Source: the human T2T-CHM13v2.0 reference genome, Homo sapiens. Taken from it: DNA of 64,000 nucleotides. The stretch lies in assembly GCF_009914755.1 (NCBI RefSeq), contig NC_060942.1. The stretch is one strand, 5' to 3'. The notes beneath the pieces were generated by a model, which was given only the letters and a program-made list of their open reading frames with translations, did no database searches and was not told where the DNA came from. Below are positions 11,001 through 26,455 of the stretch, piece by piece (the stretch's first letter is position 1; each line of letters opens with the position of its first letter). Made by a program: the position numbers and the translations under genes.

Positions 11001-14000
11001 GCGCTTTCAGGCCTATGTTGGAAAAGGAAATATCTTCCCATAACAACTAGACAGAAGCATTCTCAGAAACTTATTTGAGATGTGTGTACTCAACTAAGAG
11101 AATTGAACCACCGTTTTGAAGGAGCAGTTTTGAAACTCTCTTTTTCTGGAATCTGCAAGTGGATATTTGGCTAGCTTTGGGGATTTCGCTGGAAGCGGGA
11201 ATACATATAAAAAGCACACAGCAGCGTTCTGAGAAACTGCTTTCTGATGTTTGCATTCAAGTCAAAAGTTGAACACTCCCTTTCATAGAGCAGTCTTGAA
11301 ACACCCCTTTTGTAGTATCTGGAACTGGACTTTTGGAGCGATTTCAGGGCTAAGGTGAAAAAGGAAATATCTTCCCATAAAAACTGGACAGAAGCATTCT
11401 CAGAAACTTGGTTATGCTGTATCTACTCAACTAACAAAGTTGAACCTTTCTTTTGATAGAGCAGTTTTGAAATGGTCTTTTTGTGGAATCTGCAAGTGGA
11501 TATTTGGCTAGTTTTGAGGATTTCGTTGGAAGCGGGAATTCATACAAATTGCAGACTGCAGCGTTCTGAGAAACATCTTTGTGATGTTTGTATTCAGGAC
11601 ACAGAGTTGAACATTCCCTATCATAGAGCAGGTTGGAATCACTCCTTTTGTAGTATCTGGAAGTGGACATTTGGAGCGCTTTCAGGCCTATTTTGGAAAG
11701 GGAAATATCTTCCCGTAACAACTATGCAGAAGCATTCTCAGAAACTTGTTTGTGATGTGTGCCCTCTACTGACAGAGTTGAACCTTTCTTTTCATAGAGC
11801 AGTTTTGAAACACTCTTTTTGTAGAATCTGCAAGAGGATATTTGCATAGCTTTGAGGATTTCGTGGGAAACGGGATTGTCTTCAGGTAAAATGTAGACAG
11901 AAGCATTCTCAGAAACTTCTTTGGGATGTTTGCATTCAAGTCACAGAGTAGAACATTCCCTTTGGTAGAGCAGGTTTGAAACACTCTTTTTGTAGTATCT
12001 GGAAGTGGACATTTGGAGCGCTTTCAGGCCCATGTTGGAAAGGGAAATATCTTCCCGTAACAACTAGGCAGAAGCATTCTCAGAAACTTATTTGAGATGT
12101 GTGTACTCAACTAAGAGAATTGAACCACCGTTTTGAAGGAGCAGTTTTGAAACACTCTTTTTCTGGAATCTGCAAGAGTATATTTGCCTAGCCTTGAGGA
12201 TTTCGTTGGAAACGGGATTGTCTTCAGAGAAAATCTAGACAGAAGCATTCTCAGAAACTTCTTTGGGATGTTTGCATTCAAGTCACAGAGTAGAACATTC
12301 CCTTTGGTAGAGCAGGTTTGAAACACTCTTTTTTTAGTATATGGAAGTGGACATTTGGATCGCTTTCAGGCCTACGTTGGAAAAGGAAATATCTTCCCAT
12401 AACAACTAGACAGAAGCATTCTCAGAAACTAGTTTCTGATGTGTGTCCTCAACTAACACAGTTGAACATTTCTTTAGACAGAACAGTTTTGAAACACTCT
12501 TTTTGTGGAATCTGCAAGTGGCTATTTGGCTAGATTTGAGGATTTCGTTGGAAACGGGATTACATATAAAAAGCAGTCAGCAGCATTCTCAGAAAGTTCT
12601 TTGTGATGATTGCATTCAAGTCACAGAATTGAACATTCCCTTTCACAGAGCAGGTTTGAAACACTCTTTTTGTAGTGTGTGTAAGTGGACATTTGGAGCA
12701 CTTACCGGCCTAAGGTGAAAAAGGAAATATCTTCCCATAAAAACTAGACAGAAGCATTCTCAGAAACTTACTCGTGATGTGTGTCCTCAACTAAAGGAGT
12801 AGAACCTTTCTTTTCATAGAGAAGTTTTGAAACGCTCTTTTTGTGGAATCTGCAAGTGGATATTTGGCTAGTTTTGAGGATTTCGTTGGAAGCGGGAATT
12901 CATACAAATTGCAGACTGCAGCGTTCTGAGAAACATCTTTGTGATGTTTGTATTCAGGACACAGAGTTGAACATTCCCTATCATAGAGCAGGTTGGAATC
13001 ACTCCTTTTGTAGTATCTGGAAGTGGACATTTGGAGCGCTTTCAGGCCTATGTTGGAAAAGGAAATATCTTCCCATAACAACTAGACAGAAGCATTCTCA
13101 GAAACTTATTTGAGATGTGTGTACTCAACTAAGAGAATTGAACCACCGTTTTGAAGGAGCAGTTTTGAAACTCTCTTTTTCTGGAATCTGCAAGTGGATA
13201 TTTGGCTAGCTTTGGGGATTTCGCTGGAAGCGGGAATACATATAAAAAGCACACAGCAGCGTTCTGAGAAACTGCTTTCTGATGTTTGCATTCAAGTCAA
13301 AAGTTGAACACTCCCTTTCATAGAGCAGTCTTGAAACACCCCTTTTGTAGTATCTGGAACTGGACTTTTGGAGCGATTTCAGGGCTAAGGTGAAAAAGGA
13401 AATATCTTCCCATAAAAACTGGACAGAAGCATTCTCAGAAACTTGGTTATGCTGTATCTACTCAACTAACAAAGTTGAACCTTTCTTTTGATAGAGCAGT
13501 TTTGAAATGGTCTTTTTGTGGAATCTGCAAGTGGATATTTGGCTAGTTTTGAGGATTTCGTTGGAAGCGGGAATTCATACAAATTGCAGACTGCAGCGTT
13601 CTGAGAAACATCTTTGTGATGTTTGTATTCAGGACACAGAGTTGAACATTCCCTATCATAGAGCAGGTTGGAATCACTCCTTTTGTAGTATCTGGAAGTG
13701 GACATTTGGAGCGCTTTCAGGCCTATTTTGGAAAGGGAAATATCTTCCCGTAACAACTATGCAGAAGCATTCTCAGAAACTTGTTTGTGATGTGTGCCCT
13801 CTACTGACAGAGTTGAACCTTTCTTTTCATAGAGCAGTTTTGAAACACTCTTTTTGTAGAATCTGCAAGAGGATATTTGCATAGCTTTGAGGATTTCGTG
13901 GGAAACGGGATTGTCTTCAGGTAAAATCTAGACAGAAGCATTCTCAGAAACTTCTTTGGGATGTTTGCATTCAAGTCACAGAGTAGAACATTCCCTTTGG

Positions 14001-17000
14001 TAGAGCAGGTTTGAAACACTCTTTTTGTAGTATCTGGAAGTGGACATTTGGAGCGCTTTCAGGCCCATGTTGGAAAGGGAAATATCTTCCCGTAACAACT
14101 AGGCAGAAGCATTCTCAGAAACTTATTTGAGATGTGTGTACTCAACTAAGAGAATTGAACCACCGTTTTGAAGGAGCAGTTTTGAAACACTCTTTTTCTG
14201 GAATCTGCAAGAGTATATTTGCCTAGCCTTGAGGATTTCGTTGGAAACGGGATTGTCTTCAGAGAAAATCTAGACAGAAGCATTCTCAGAAACTTCTTTG
14301 GGATGTTTGCATTCAAGTCACAGAGTAGAACATTCCCTTTGGTAGAGCAGGTTTGAAACACTCTTTTTTTAGTATATGGAAGTGGACATTTGGATCGCTT
14401 TCAGGCCTACGTTGGAAAAGGAAATATCTTCCCATAACAACTAGACAGAAGCATTCTCAGAAACTAGTTTCTGATGTGTGTCCTCAACTAACACAGTTGA
14501 ACATTTCTTTAGACAGAACAGTTTTGAAACACTCTTTTTGTGGAATCTGCAAGTGGCTATTTGGCTAGATTTGAGGATTTCGTTGGAAACGGGATTACAT
14601 ATAAAAAGCAGTCAGCAGCATTCTCAGAAAGTTCTTTGTGATGATTGCATTCAAGTCACAGAATTGAACATTCCCTTTCACAGAGCAGGTTTGAAACACT
14701 CTTTTTGTAGTGTGTGTAAGTGGACATTTGGAGCACTTACCGGCCTAAGGTGAAAAAGGAAATATCTTCCCATAAAAACTAGACAGAAGCATTCTCAGAA
14801 ACTTACTCGTGATGTGTGTCCTCAACTAAAGGAGTAGAACCTTTCTTTTCATAGAGAAGTTTTGAAACGCTCTTTTTGTGGAATCTGCAAGTGGATATTT
14901 GGCTAGTTTTGAGGATTTCGTTGGAAGCGGGAATTCATACAAATTGCAGACTGCAGCGTTCTGAGAAACATCTTTGTGATGTTTGTATTCAGGACACAGA
15001 GTTGAACATTCCCTATCATAGAGCAGGTTGGAATCACTCCTTTTGTAGTATCTGGAAGTGGACATTTGGAGCGCTTTCAGGCCTATGTTGGAAAAGGAAA
15101 TATCTTCCCATAACAACTAGACAGAAGCATTCTCAGAAACTTATTTGAGATGTGTGTACTCAACTAAGAGAATTGAACCACCGTTTTGAAGGAGCAGTTT
15201 TGAAACTCTCTTTTTCTGGAATCTGCAAGTGGATATTTGGCTAGCTTTGGGGATTTCGCTGGAAGCGGGAATACATATAAAAAGCACACAGCAGCGTTCT
15301 GAGAAACTGCTTTCTGATGTTTGCATTCAAGTCAAAAGTTGAACACTCCCTTTCATAGAGCAGTCTTGAAACACCCCTTTTGTAGTATCTGGAACTGGAC
15401 TTTTGGAGCGATTTCAGGGCTAAGGTGAAAAAGGAAATATCTTCCCATAAAAACTGGACAGAAGCATTCTCAGAAACTTGGTTATGCTGTATCTACTCAA
15501 CTAACAAAGTTGAACCTTTCTTTTGATAGAGCAGTTTTGAAATGGTCTTTTTGTGGAATCTGCAAGTGGATATTTGGCTAGTTTTGAGGATTTCGTTGGA
15601 AGCGGGAATTCATACAAATTGCAGACTGCAGCGTTCTGAGAAACATCTTTGTGATGTTTGTATTCAGGACACAGAGTTGAACATTCCCTATCATAGAGCA
15701 GGTTGGAATCACTCCTTTTGTAGTATCTGGAAGTGGACATTTGGAGCGCTTTCAGGCCTATTTTGGAAAGGGAAATATCTTCCCGTAACAACTATGCAGA
15801 AGCATTCTCAGAAACTTGTTTGTGATGTGTGCCCTCTACTGACAGAGTTGAACCTTTCTTTTCATAGAGCAGTTTTGAAACACTCTTTTTGTAGAATCTG
15901 CAAGAGGATATTTGCATAGCTTTGAGGATTTCGTGGGAAACGGGATTGTCTTCAGGTAAAATCTAGACAGAAGCATTCTCAGAAACTTCTTTGGGATGTT
16001 TGCATTCAAGTCACAGAGTAGAACATTCCCTTTGGTAGAGCAGGTTTGAAACACTCTTTTTGTAGTATCTGGAAGTGGACATTTGGAGCGCTTTCAGGCC
16101 CATGTTGGAAAGGGAAATATCTTCCCGTAACAACTAGGCAGAAGCATTCTCAGAAACTTATTTGAGATGTGTGTACTCAACTAAGAGAATTGAACCACCG
16201 TTTTGAAGGAGCAGTTTTGAAACACTCTTTTTCTGGAATCTGCAAGAGTATATTTGCCTAGCCTTGAGGATTTCGTTGGAAACGGGATTGTCTTCAGAGA
16301 AAATCTAGACAGAAGCATTCTCAGAAACTTCTTTGGGATGTTTGCATTCAAGTCACAGAGTAGAACATTCCCTTTGGTAGAGCAGGTTTGAAACACTCTT
16401 TTTTTAGTATATGGAAGTGGACATTTGGATCGCTTTCAGGCCTACGTTGGAAAAGGAAATATCTTCCCATAACAACTAGACAGAAGCATTCTCAGAAACT
16501 AGTTTCTGATGTGTGTCCTCAACTAACACAGTTGAACATTTCTTTAGACAGAACAGTTTTGAAACACTCTTTTTGTGGAATCTGCAAGTGGCTATTTGGC
16601 TAGATTTGAGGATTTCGTTGGAAACGGGATTACATATAAAAAGCAGTCAGCAGCATTCTCAGAAAGTTCTTTGTGATGATTGCATTCAAGTCACAGAATT
16701 GAACATTCCCTTTCACAGAGCAGGTTTGAAACACTCTTTTTGTAGTGTGTGTAAGTGGACATTTGGAGCACTTACCGGCCTAAGGTGAAAAAGGAAATAT
16801 CTTCCCATAAAAACTAGACAGAAGCATTCTCAGAAACTTACTCGTGATGTGTGTCCTCAACTAAAGGAGTAGAACCTTTCTTTTCATAGAGAAGTTTTGA
16901 AACGCTCTTTTTGTGGAATCTGCAAGTGGATATTTGGCTAGTTTTGAGGATTTCGTTGGAAGCGGGAATTCATACAAATTGCAGACTGCAGCGTTCTGAG

Positions 17001-20000
17001 AAACATCTTTGTGATGTTTGTATTCAGGACACAGAGTTGAACATTCCCTATCATAGAGCAGGTTGGAATCACTCCTTTTGTAGTATCTGGAAGTGGACAT
17101 TTGGAGCGCTTTCAGGCCTATGTTGGAAAAGGAAATATCTTCCCATAACAACTAGACAGAAGCATTCTCAGAAACTTATTTGAGATGTGTGTACTCAACT
17201 AAGAGAATTGAACCACCGTTTTGAAGGAGCAGTTTTGAAACTCTCTTTTTCTGGAATCTGCAAGTGGATATTTGGCTAGCTTTGGGGATTTCGCTGGAAG
17301 CGGGAATACATATAAAAAGCACACAGCAGCGTTCTGAGAAACTGCTTTCTGATGTTTGCATTCAAGTCAAAAGTTGAACACTCCCTTTCATAGAGCAGTC
17401 TTGAAACACCCCTTTTGTAGTATCTGGAACTGGACTTTTGGAGCGATTTCAGGGCTAAGGTGAAAAAGGAAATATCTTCCCATAAAAACTGGACAGAAGC
17501 ATTCTCAGAAACTTGGTTATGCTGTATCTACTCAACTAACAAAGTTGAACCTTTCTTTTGATAGAGCAGTTTTGAAATGGTCTTTTTGTGGAATCTGCAA
17601 GTGGATATTTGGCTAGTTTTGAGGATTTCGTTGGAAGCGGGAATTCATACAAATTGCAGACTGCAGCGTTCTGAGAAACATCTTTGTGATGTTTGTATTC
17701 AGGACACAGAGTTGAACATTCCCTATCATAGAGCAGGTTGGAATCACTCCTTTTGTAGTATCTGGAAGTGGACATTTGGAGCGCTTTCAGGCCTATTTTG
17801 GAAAGGGAAATATCTTCCCGTAACAACTATGCAGAAGCATTCTCAGAAACTTGTTTGTGATGTGTGCCCTCTACTGACAGAGTTGAACCTTTCTTTTCAT
17901 AGAGCAGTTTTGAAACACTCTTTTTGTAGAATCTGCAAGAGGATATTTGCATAGCTTTGAGGATTTCGTGGGAAACGGGATTGTCTTCAGGTAAAATGTA
18001 GACAGAAGCATTCTCAGAAACTTCTTTGGGATGTTTGCATTCAAGTCACAGAGTAGAACATTCCCTTTGGTAGAGCAGGTTTGAAACACTCTTTTTGTAG
18101 TATCTGGAAGTGGACATTTGGAGCGCTTTCAGGCCCATGTTGGAAAGGGAAATATCTTCCCGTAACAACTAGGCAGAAGCATTCTCAGAAACTTATTTGA
18201 GATGTGTGTACTCAACTAAGAGAATTGAACCACCGTTTTGAAGGAGCAGTTTTGAAACACTCTTTTTCTGGAATCTGCAAGAGTATATTTGCCTAGCCTT
18301 GAGGATTTCGTTGGAAACGGGATTGTCTTCAGAGAAAATCTAGACAGAAGCATTCTCAGAAACTTCTTTGGGATGTTTGCATTCAAGTCACAGAGTAGAA
18401 CATTCCCTTTGGTAGAGCAGGTTTGAAACACTCTTTTTTTAGTATATGGAAGTGGACATTTGGATCGCTTTCAGGCCTACGTTGGAAAAGGAAATATCTT
18501 CCCATAACAACTAGACAGAAGCATTCTCAGAAACTAGTTTCTGATGTGTGTCCTCAACTAACACAGTTGAACATTTCTTTAGACAGAACAGTTTTGAAAC
18601 ACTCTTTTTGTGGAATCTGCAAGTGGCTATTTGGCTAGATTTGAGGATTTCGTTGGAAACGGGATTACATATAAAAAGCAGTCAGCAGCATTCTCAGAAA
18701 GTTCTTTGTGATGATTGCATTCAAGTCACAGAATTGAACATTCCCTTTCACAGAGCAGGTTTGAAACACTCTTTTTGTAGTGTGTGTAAGTGGACATTTG
18801 GAGCACTTACCGGCCTAAGGTGAAAAAGGAAATATCTTCCCATAAAAACTAGACAGAAGCATTCTCAGAAACTTACTCGTGATGTGTGTCCTCAACTAAA
18901 GGAGTAGAACCTTTCTTTTCATAGAGAAGTTTTGAAACGCTCTTTTTGTGGAATCTGCAAGTGGATATTTGGCTAGTTTTGAGGATTTCGTTGGAAGCGG
19001 GAATTCATACAAATTGCAGACTGCAGCGTTCTGAGAAACATCTTTGTGATGTTTGTATTCAGGACACAGAGTTGAACATTCCCTATCATAGAGCAGGTTT
19101 GAATCACTCCTTTTGTAGTATCTGGAAGTGGACATTTGGAGCGCTTTCAGGCCTATGTTGGAAAAGGAAATATCTTCCCATAACAACTAGACAGAAGCAT
19201 TCTCAGAAACTTATTTGAGATGTGTGTACTCAACTAAGAGAATTGAACCACCGTTTTGAAGGAGCAGTTTTGAAACTCTCTTTTTCTGGAATCTGCAAGT
19301 GGATATTTGGCTAGCTTTGGGGATTTCGCTGGAAGCGGGAATACATATAAAAAGCACACAGCAGCGTTCTGAGAAACTGCTTTCTGATGTTTGCATTCAA
19401 GTCAAAAGTTGAACACTCCCTTTCATAGAGCAGTCTTGAAACACCCCTTTTGTAGTATCTGGAACTGGACTTTTGGAGCGATTTCAGGGCTAAGGTGAAA
19501 AAGGAAATATCTTCCCATAAAAACTGGACAGAAGCATTCTCAGAAACTTGGTTATGCTGTATCTACTCAACTAACAAAGTTGAACCTTTCTTTTGATAGA
19601 GCAGTTTTGAAATGGTCTTTTTGTGGAATCTGCAAGTGGATATTTGGCTAGTTTTGAGGATTTCGTTGGAAGCGGGAATTCATACAAATTGCAGACTGCA
19701 GCGTTCTGAGAAACATCTTTGTGATGTTTGTATTCAGGACACAGAGTTGAACATTCCCTATCATAGAGCAGGTTGGAATCACTCCTTTTGTAGTATCTGG
19801 AAGTGGACATTTGGAGCGCTTTCAGGCCTATTTTGGAAAGGGAAATATCTTCCCGTAACAACTATGCAGAAGCATTCTCAGAAACTTGTTTGTGATGTGT
19901 GCCCTCTACTGACAGAGTTGAACCTTTCTTTTCATAGAGCAGTTTTGAAACACTCTTTTTGTAGAATCTGCAAGAGGATATTTGCATAGCTTTGAGGATT

Positions 20001-23000
20001 TCGTGGGAAACGGGATTGTCTTCAGGTAAAATGTAGACAGAAGCATTCTCAGAAACTTCTTTGGGATGTTTGCATTCAAGTCACAGAGTAGAACATTCCC
20101 TTTGGTAGAGCAGGTTTGAAACACTCTTTTTGTAGTATCTGGAAGTGGACATTTGGAGCGCTTTCAGGCCCATGTTGGAAAGGGAAATATCTTCCCGTAA
20201 CAACTAGGCAGAAGCATTCTCAGAAACTTATTTGAGATGTGTGTACTCAACTAAGAGAATTGAACCACCGTTTTGAAGGAGCAGTTTTGAAACACTCTTT
20301 TTCTGGAATCTGCAAGAGTATATTTGCCTAGCCTTGAGGATTTCGTTGGAAACGGGATTGTCTTCAGAGAAAATCTAGACAGAAGCATTCTCAGAAACTT
20401 CTTTGGGATGTTTGCATTCAAGTCACAGAGTAGAACATTCCCTTTGGTAGAGCAGGTTTGAAACACTCTTTTTTTAGTATATGGAAGTGGACATTTGGAT
20501 CGCTTTCAGGCCTACGTTGGAAAAGGAAATATCTTCCCATAACAACTAGACAGAAGCATTCTCAGAAACTAGTTTCTGATGTGTGTCCTCAACTAACACA
20601 GTTGAACATTTCTTTAGACAGAACAGTTTTGAAACACTCTTTTTGTGGAATCTGCAAGTGGCTATTTGGCTAGATTTGAGGATTTCGTTGGAAACGGGAT
20701 TACATATAAAAAGCAGTCAGCAGCATTCTCAGAAAGTTCTTTGTGATGATTGCATTCAAGTCACAGAATTGAACATTCCCTTTCACAGAGCAGGTTTGAA
20801 ACACTCTTTTTGTAGTGTGTGTAAGTGGACATTTGGAGCACTTACCGGCCTAAGGTGAAAAAGGAAATATCTTCCCATAAAAACTAGACAGAAGCATTCT
20901 CAGAAACTTACTCGTGATGTGTGTCCTCAACTAAAGGAGTAGAACCTTTCTTTTCATAGAGAAGTTTTGAAACGCTCTTTTTGTGGAATCTGCAAGTGGA
21001 TATTTGGCTAGTTTTGAGGATTTCGTTGGAAGCGGGAATTCATACAAATTGCAGACTGCAGCGTTGTGAGAAACATCTTTGTGATGTTTGTATTCAGGAC
21101 ACAGAGTTGAACATTCCCTATCATAGAGCAGGTTTGAATCACTCCTTTTGTAGTATCTGGAAGTGGACATTTGGAGCGCTTTCAGGCCTATGTTGGAAAA
21201 GGAAATATCTTCCCATAACAACTAGACAGAAGCATTCTCAGAAACTTATTTGAGATGTGTGTACTCAACTAAGAGAATTGAACCACCGTTTTGAAGGAGC
21301 AGTTTTGAAACTCTCTTTTTCTGGAATCTGCAAGTGGATATTTGGCTAGCTTTGGGGATTTCGCTGGAAGCGGGAATACATATAAAAAGCACACAGCAGC
21401 GTTCTGAGAAACTGCTTTCTGATGTTTGCATTCAAGTCAAAAGTTGAACACTCCCTTTCATAGAGCAGTCTTGAAACACCCCTTTTGTAGTATCTGGAAC
21501 TGGACTTTTGGAGCGATTTCAGGGCTAAGGTGAAAAAGGAAATATCTTCCCATAAAAACTGGACAGAAGCATTCTCAGAAACTTGTTTATGCTGTATCTA
21601 CTCAACTAACAAAGTTGAACCTTTCTTTTGATAGAGCAGTTTTGAAATGGTCTTTTTGTGGAATCTGCAAGTGGATATTTGGCTAGTTTTGAGGATTTCG
21701 TTGGAAGCGGGAATTCATACAAATTGCAGACTGCAGCGTTCTGAGAAACATCTTTGTGATGTTTGTATTCAGGACACAGAGTTGAACATTCCCTATCATA
21801 GAGCAGGTTGGAATCACTCCTTTTGTAGTATCTGGAAGTGGACATTTGGAGCGCTTTCAGGCCTATTTTGGAAAGGGAAATATCTTCCCGTAACAACTAT
21901 GCAGAAGCATTCTCAGAAACTTGTTTGTGATGTGTGCCCTCTACTGACAGAGTTGAACCTTTCTTTTCATAGAGCAGTTTTGAAACACTCTTTTTGTAGA
22001 ATCTGCAAGAGGATATTTGCATAGCTTTGAGGATTTCGTGGGAAACGGGATTGTCTTCAGGTAAAATCTAGACAGAAGCATTCTCAGAAACTTCTTTGGG
22101 ATGTTTGCATTCAAGTCACAGAGTAGAACATTCCCTTTGGTAGAGCAGGTTTGAAACACTCTTTTTGTAGTATCTGGAAGTGGACATTTGGAGCGCTTTC
22201 AGGCCCATGTTGGAAAGGGAAATATCTTCCCGTAACAACTAGGCAGAAGCATTCTCAGAAACTTATTTGAGATGTGTGTACTCAACTAAGAGAATTGAAC
22301 CACCGTTTTGAAGGAGCAGTTTTGAAACACTCTTTTTCTGGAATCTGCAAGAGTATATTTGCCTAGCCTTGAGGATTTCGTTGGAAACGGGATTGTCTTC
22401 AGAGAAAATCTAGACAGAAGCATTCTCAGAAACTTCTTTGGGATGTTTGCATTCAAGTCACAGAGTAGAACATTCCCTTTGGTAGAGCAGGTTTGAAACA
22501 CTCTTTTTGTAGTATCTGGAAGTGGACATTTGGAGCGCTTTCAGGCCTACGTTGGAAAAGGAAATATCTTCCCATAACAACTAGACAGAAGCATTCTCAG
22601 AAACTAGTTTCTGATGTGTGTCCTCAACTAACACAGTTGAACATTTCTTTAGACAGAACAGTTTTGAAACACTCTTTTTGTGGAATCTGCAAGTGGCTAT
22701 TTGGCTAGATTTGAGGATTTCGTTGGAAACGGGATTACATATAAAAAGCAGTCAGCAGCATTCTCAGAAAGTTCTTTGTGATGATTGCATTCAAGTCACA
22801 GAATTGAACATTCCCTTTCACAGAGCAGGTTTGAAACACTCTTTTTGTAGTGTGTGTAAGTGGACATTTGGAGCACTTACCGGCCTAAGGTGAAAAAGGA
22901 AATATCTTCCCATAAAAACTAGACAGAAGCATTCTCAGAAACTTACTCGTGATGTGTGTCCTCAACTAAAGGAGTAGAACCTTTCTTTTCATAGAGAAGT

Positions 23001-26000
23001 TTTGAAACGCTCTTTTTGTGGAATCTGCAAGTGGATATTTGGCTAGTTTTGAGGATTTCGTTGGAAGCGGGAATTCATACAAATTGCAGACTGCAGCGTT
23101 CTGAGAAACATCTTTGTGATGTTTGTATTCAGGACACAGAGTTGAACATTCCCTATCATAGAGCAGGTTGGAATCACTCCTTTTGTAGTATCTGGAAGTG
23201 GACATTTGGAGCGCTTTCAGGCCTATGTTGGAAAAGGAAATATCTTCCCATAACAACTAGACAGAAGCATTCTCAGAAACTTATTTGAGATGTGTGTACT
23301 CAACTAAGAGAATTGAACCACCGTTTTGAAGGAGCTGTTTTGAAACACTCTTTTTCTGGAATCTGCAAGTGGATATTTGGCTAGCTTTGGGGATTTCGCT
23401 GGAAGCGGGAATACATATAAAAAGCACACAGCAGCGTTCTGAGAAACTGCTTTCTGATGTTTGCATTCAAGTCAAAAGTTGAACACTCCCTTTCATAGAG
23501 CAGTCTTGAAACACCCCTTTTGTAGTATCTGGAACTGGACTTTTGGAGCGATTTCAGGGCTAAGGTGAAAAAGGAAATATCTTCCCATAAAAACTGGACA
23601 GAAGCATTCTCAGAAACTTGGTTATGCTGTATCTACTCAACTAACAAAGTTGAACCTTTCTTTTGATAGAGCAGTTTTGAAATGGTCTTTTTGTGGAATC
23701 TGCAAGTGGATATTTGGCTAGTTTTGAGGATTTCGTTGGAAGCGGGAATTCATACAAATTGCAGACTGCAGCGTTCTGAGAAACATCTTTGTGATGTTTG
23801 TATTCAGGACACAGAGTTGAACATTCCCTATCATAGAGCAGGTTGGAATCACTCCTTTTGTAGTATCTGGAAGTGGACATTTGGAGCGCTTTCAGGCCTA
23901 TTTTGGAAAGGGAAATATCTTCCCGTAACAACTATGCAGAAGCATTCTCAGAAACTTGTTTGTGATGTGTGCCCTCTACTGACAGAGTTGAACCTTTCTT
24001 TTCATAGAGCAGTTTTGAAACACTCTTTTTGTAGAATCTGCAAGAGGATATTTGCATAGCTTTGAGGATTTCGTGGGAAACGGGATTGTCTTCAGGTAAA
24101 ATGTAGACAGAAGCATTCTCAGAAACTTCTTTGGGATGTTTGCATTCAAGTCACAGAGTAGAACATTCCCTTTGGTAGAGCAGGTTTGAAACACTCTTTT
24201 TGTAGTATCTGGAAGTGGACATTTGGAGCGCTTTCAGGCCCATGTTGGAAAGGGAAATATCTTCCCGTAACAACTAGGCAGAAGCATTCTCAGAAACTTA
24301 TTTGAGATGTGTGTACTCAACTAAGAGAATTGAACCACCGTTTTGAAGGAGCAGTTTTGAAACACTCTTTTTCTGGAATCTGCAAGAGTATATTTGCCTA
24401 GCCTTGAGGATTTCGTTGGAAACGGGATTGTCTTCAGAGAAAATCTAGACAGAAGCATTCTCAGAAACTTCTTTGGGATGTTTGCATTCAAGTCACAGAG
24501 TAGAACATTCCCTTTGGTAGAGCAGGTTTGAAACACTCTTTTTTTAGTATATGGAAGTGGACATTTGGATCGCTTTCAGGCCTACGTTGGAAAAGGAAAT
24601 ATCTTCCCATAACAACTAGACAGAAGCATTCTCAGAAACTAGTTTCTGATGTGTGTCCTCAACTAACACAGTTGAACATTTCTTTAGACAGAACAGTTTT
24701 GAAACACTCTTTTTGTGGAATCTGCAAGTGGCTATTTGGCTAGATTTGAGGATTTCGTTGGAAACGGGATTACATATAAAAAGCAGTCAGCAGCATTCTC
24801 AGAAAGTTCTTTGTGATGATTGCATTCAAGTCACAGAATTGAACATTCCCTTTCACAGAGCAGGTTTGAAACACTCTTTTTGTAGTGTGTGTAAGTGGAC
24901 ATTTGGAGCACTTACCGGCCTAAGGTGAAAAAGGAAATATCTTCCCATAAAAACTAGACAGAAGCATTCTCAGAAACTTACTCGTGATGTGTGTCCTCAA
25001 CTAAAGGAGTAGAACCTTTCTTTTCATAGAGAAGTTTTGAAACGCTCTTTTTGTGGAATCTGCAAGTGGATATTTGGCTAGTTTTGAGGATTTCGTTGGA
25101 AGCGGGAATTCATACAAATTGCAGACTGCAGCGTTCTGAGAAACATCTTTGTGATGTTTGTATTCAGGACACAGAGTTGAACATTCCCTATCATAGAGCA
25201 GGTTTGAATCACTCCTTTTGTAGTATCTGGAAGTGGACATTTGGAGCGCTTTCAGGCCTATGTTGGAAAAGGAAATATCTTCCCATAACAACTAGACAGA
25301 AGCATTCTCAGAAACTTATTTGAGATGTGTGTACTCAACTAAGAGAATTGAACCACCGTTTTGAAGGAGCAGTTTTGAAACTCTCTTTTTCTGGAATCTG
25401 CAAGTGGATATTTGGCTAGCTTTGGGGATTTCGCTGGAAGCGGGAATACATATAAAAAGCACACAGCAGCGTTCTGAGAAACTGCTTTCTGATGTTTGCA
25501 TTCAAGTCAAAAGTTGAACACTCCCTTTCATAGAGCAGTCTTGAAACACCCCTTTTGTAGTATCTGGAACTGGACTTTTGGAGCGATTTCAGGGCTAAGG
25601 TGAAAAAGGAAATATCTTCCCATAAAAACTGGACAGAAGCATTCTCAGAAACTTGTTTATGCTGTATCTACTCAACTAACAAAGTTGAACCTTTCTTTTG
25701 ATAGAGCAGTTTTGAAATGGTCTTTTTGTGGAATCTGCAAGTGGATATTTGGCTAGTTTTGAGGATTTCGTTGGAAGCGGGAATTCATACAAATTGCAGA
25801 CTGCAGCGTTCTGAGAAACATCTTTGTGATGTTTGTATTCAGGACACAGAGTTGAACATTCCCTATCATAGAGCAGGTTGGAATCACTCCTTTTGTAGTA
25901 TCTGGAAGTGGACATTTGGAGCGCTTTCAGGCCTATTTTGGAAAGGGAAATATCTTCCCGTAACAACTATGCAGAAGCATTCTCAGAAACTTGTTTGTGA

Positions 26001-26455
26001 TGTGTGCCCTCTACTGACAGAGTTGAACCTTTCTTTTCATAGAGCAGTTTTGAAACACTCTTTTTGTAGAATCTGCAAGAGGATATTTGCATAGCTTTGA
26101 GGATTTCGTGGGAAACGGGATTGTCTTCAGGTAAAATCTAGACAGAAGCATTCTCAGAAACTTCTTTGGGATGTTTGCATTCAAGTCACAGAGTAGAACA
26201 TTCCCTTTGGTAGAGCAGGTTTGAAACACTCTTTTTGTAGTATCTGGAAGTGGACATTTGGAGCGCTTTCAGGCCCATGTTGGAAAGGGAAATATCTTCC
26301 CGTAACAACTAGGCAGAAGCATTCTCAGAAACTTATTTGAGATGTGTGTACTCAACTAAGAGAATTGAACCACCGTTTTGAAGGAGCAGTTTTGAAACAC
26401 TCTTTTTCTGGAATCTGCAAGAGTATATTTGCCTAGCCTTGAGGATTTCGTTGGA

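Larger units (their letters stand above)
1..26455 (+). repeat. Run of 13 canonical 12-mer HORs (U1-U13)
   Basis: Exact 2035-bp spacing of all repeated ORFs from 108 to 26563; units differ only by a few SNVs. Confidence 0.95.
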
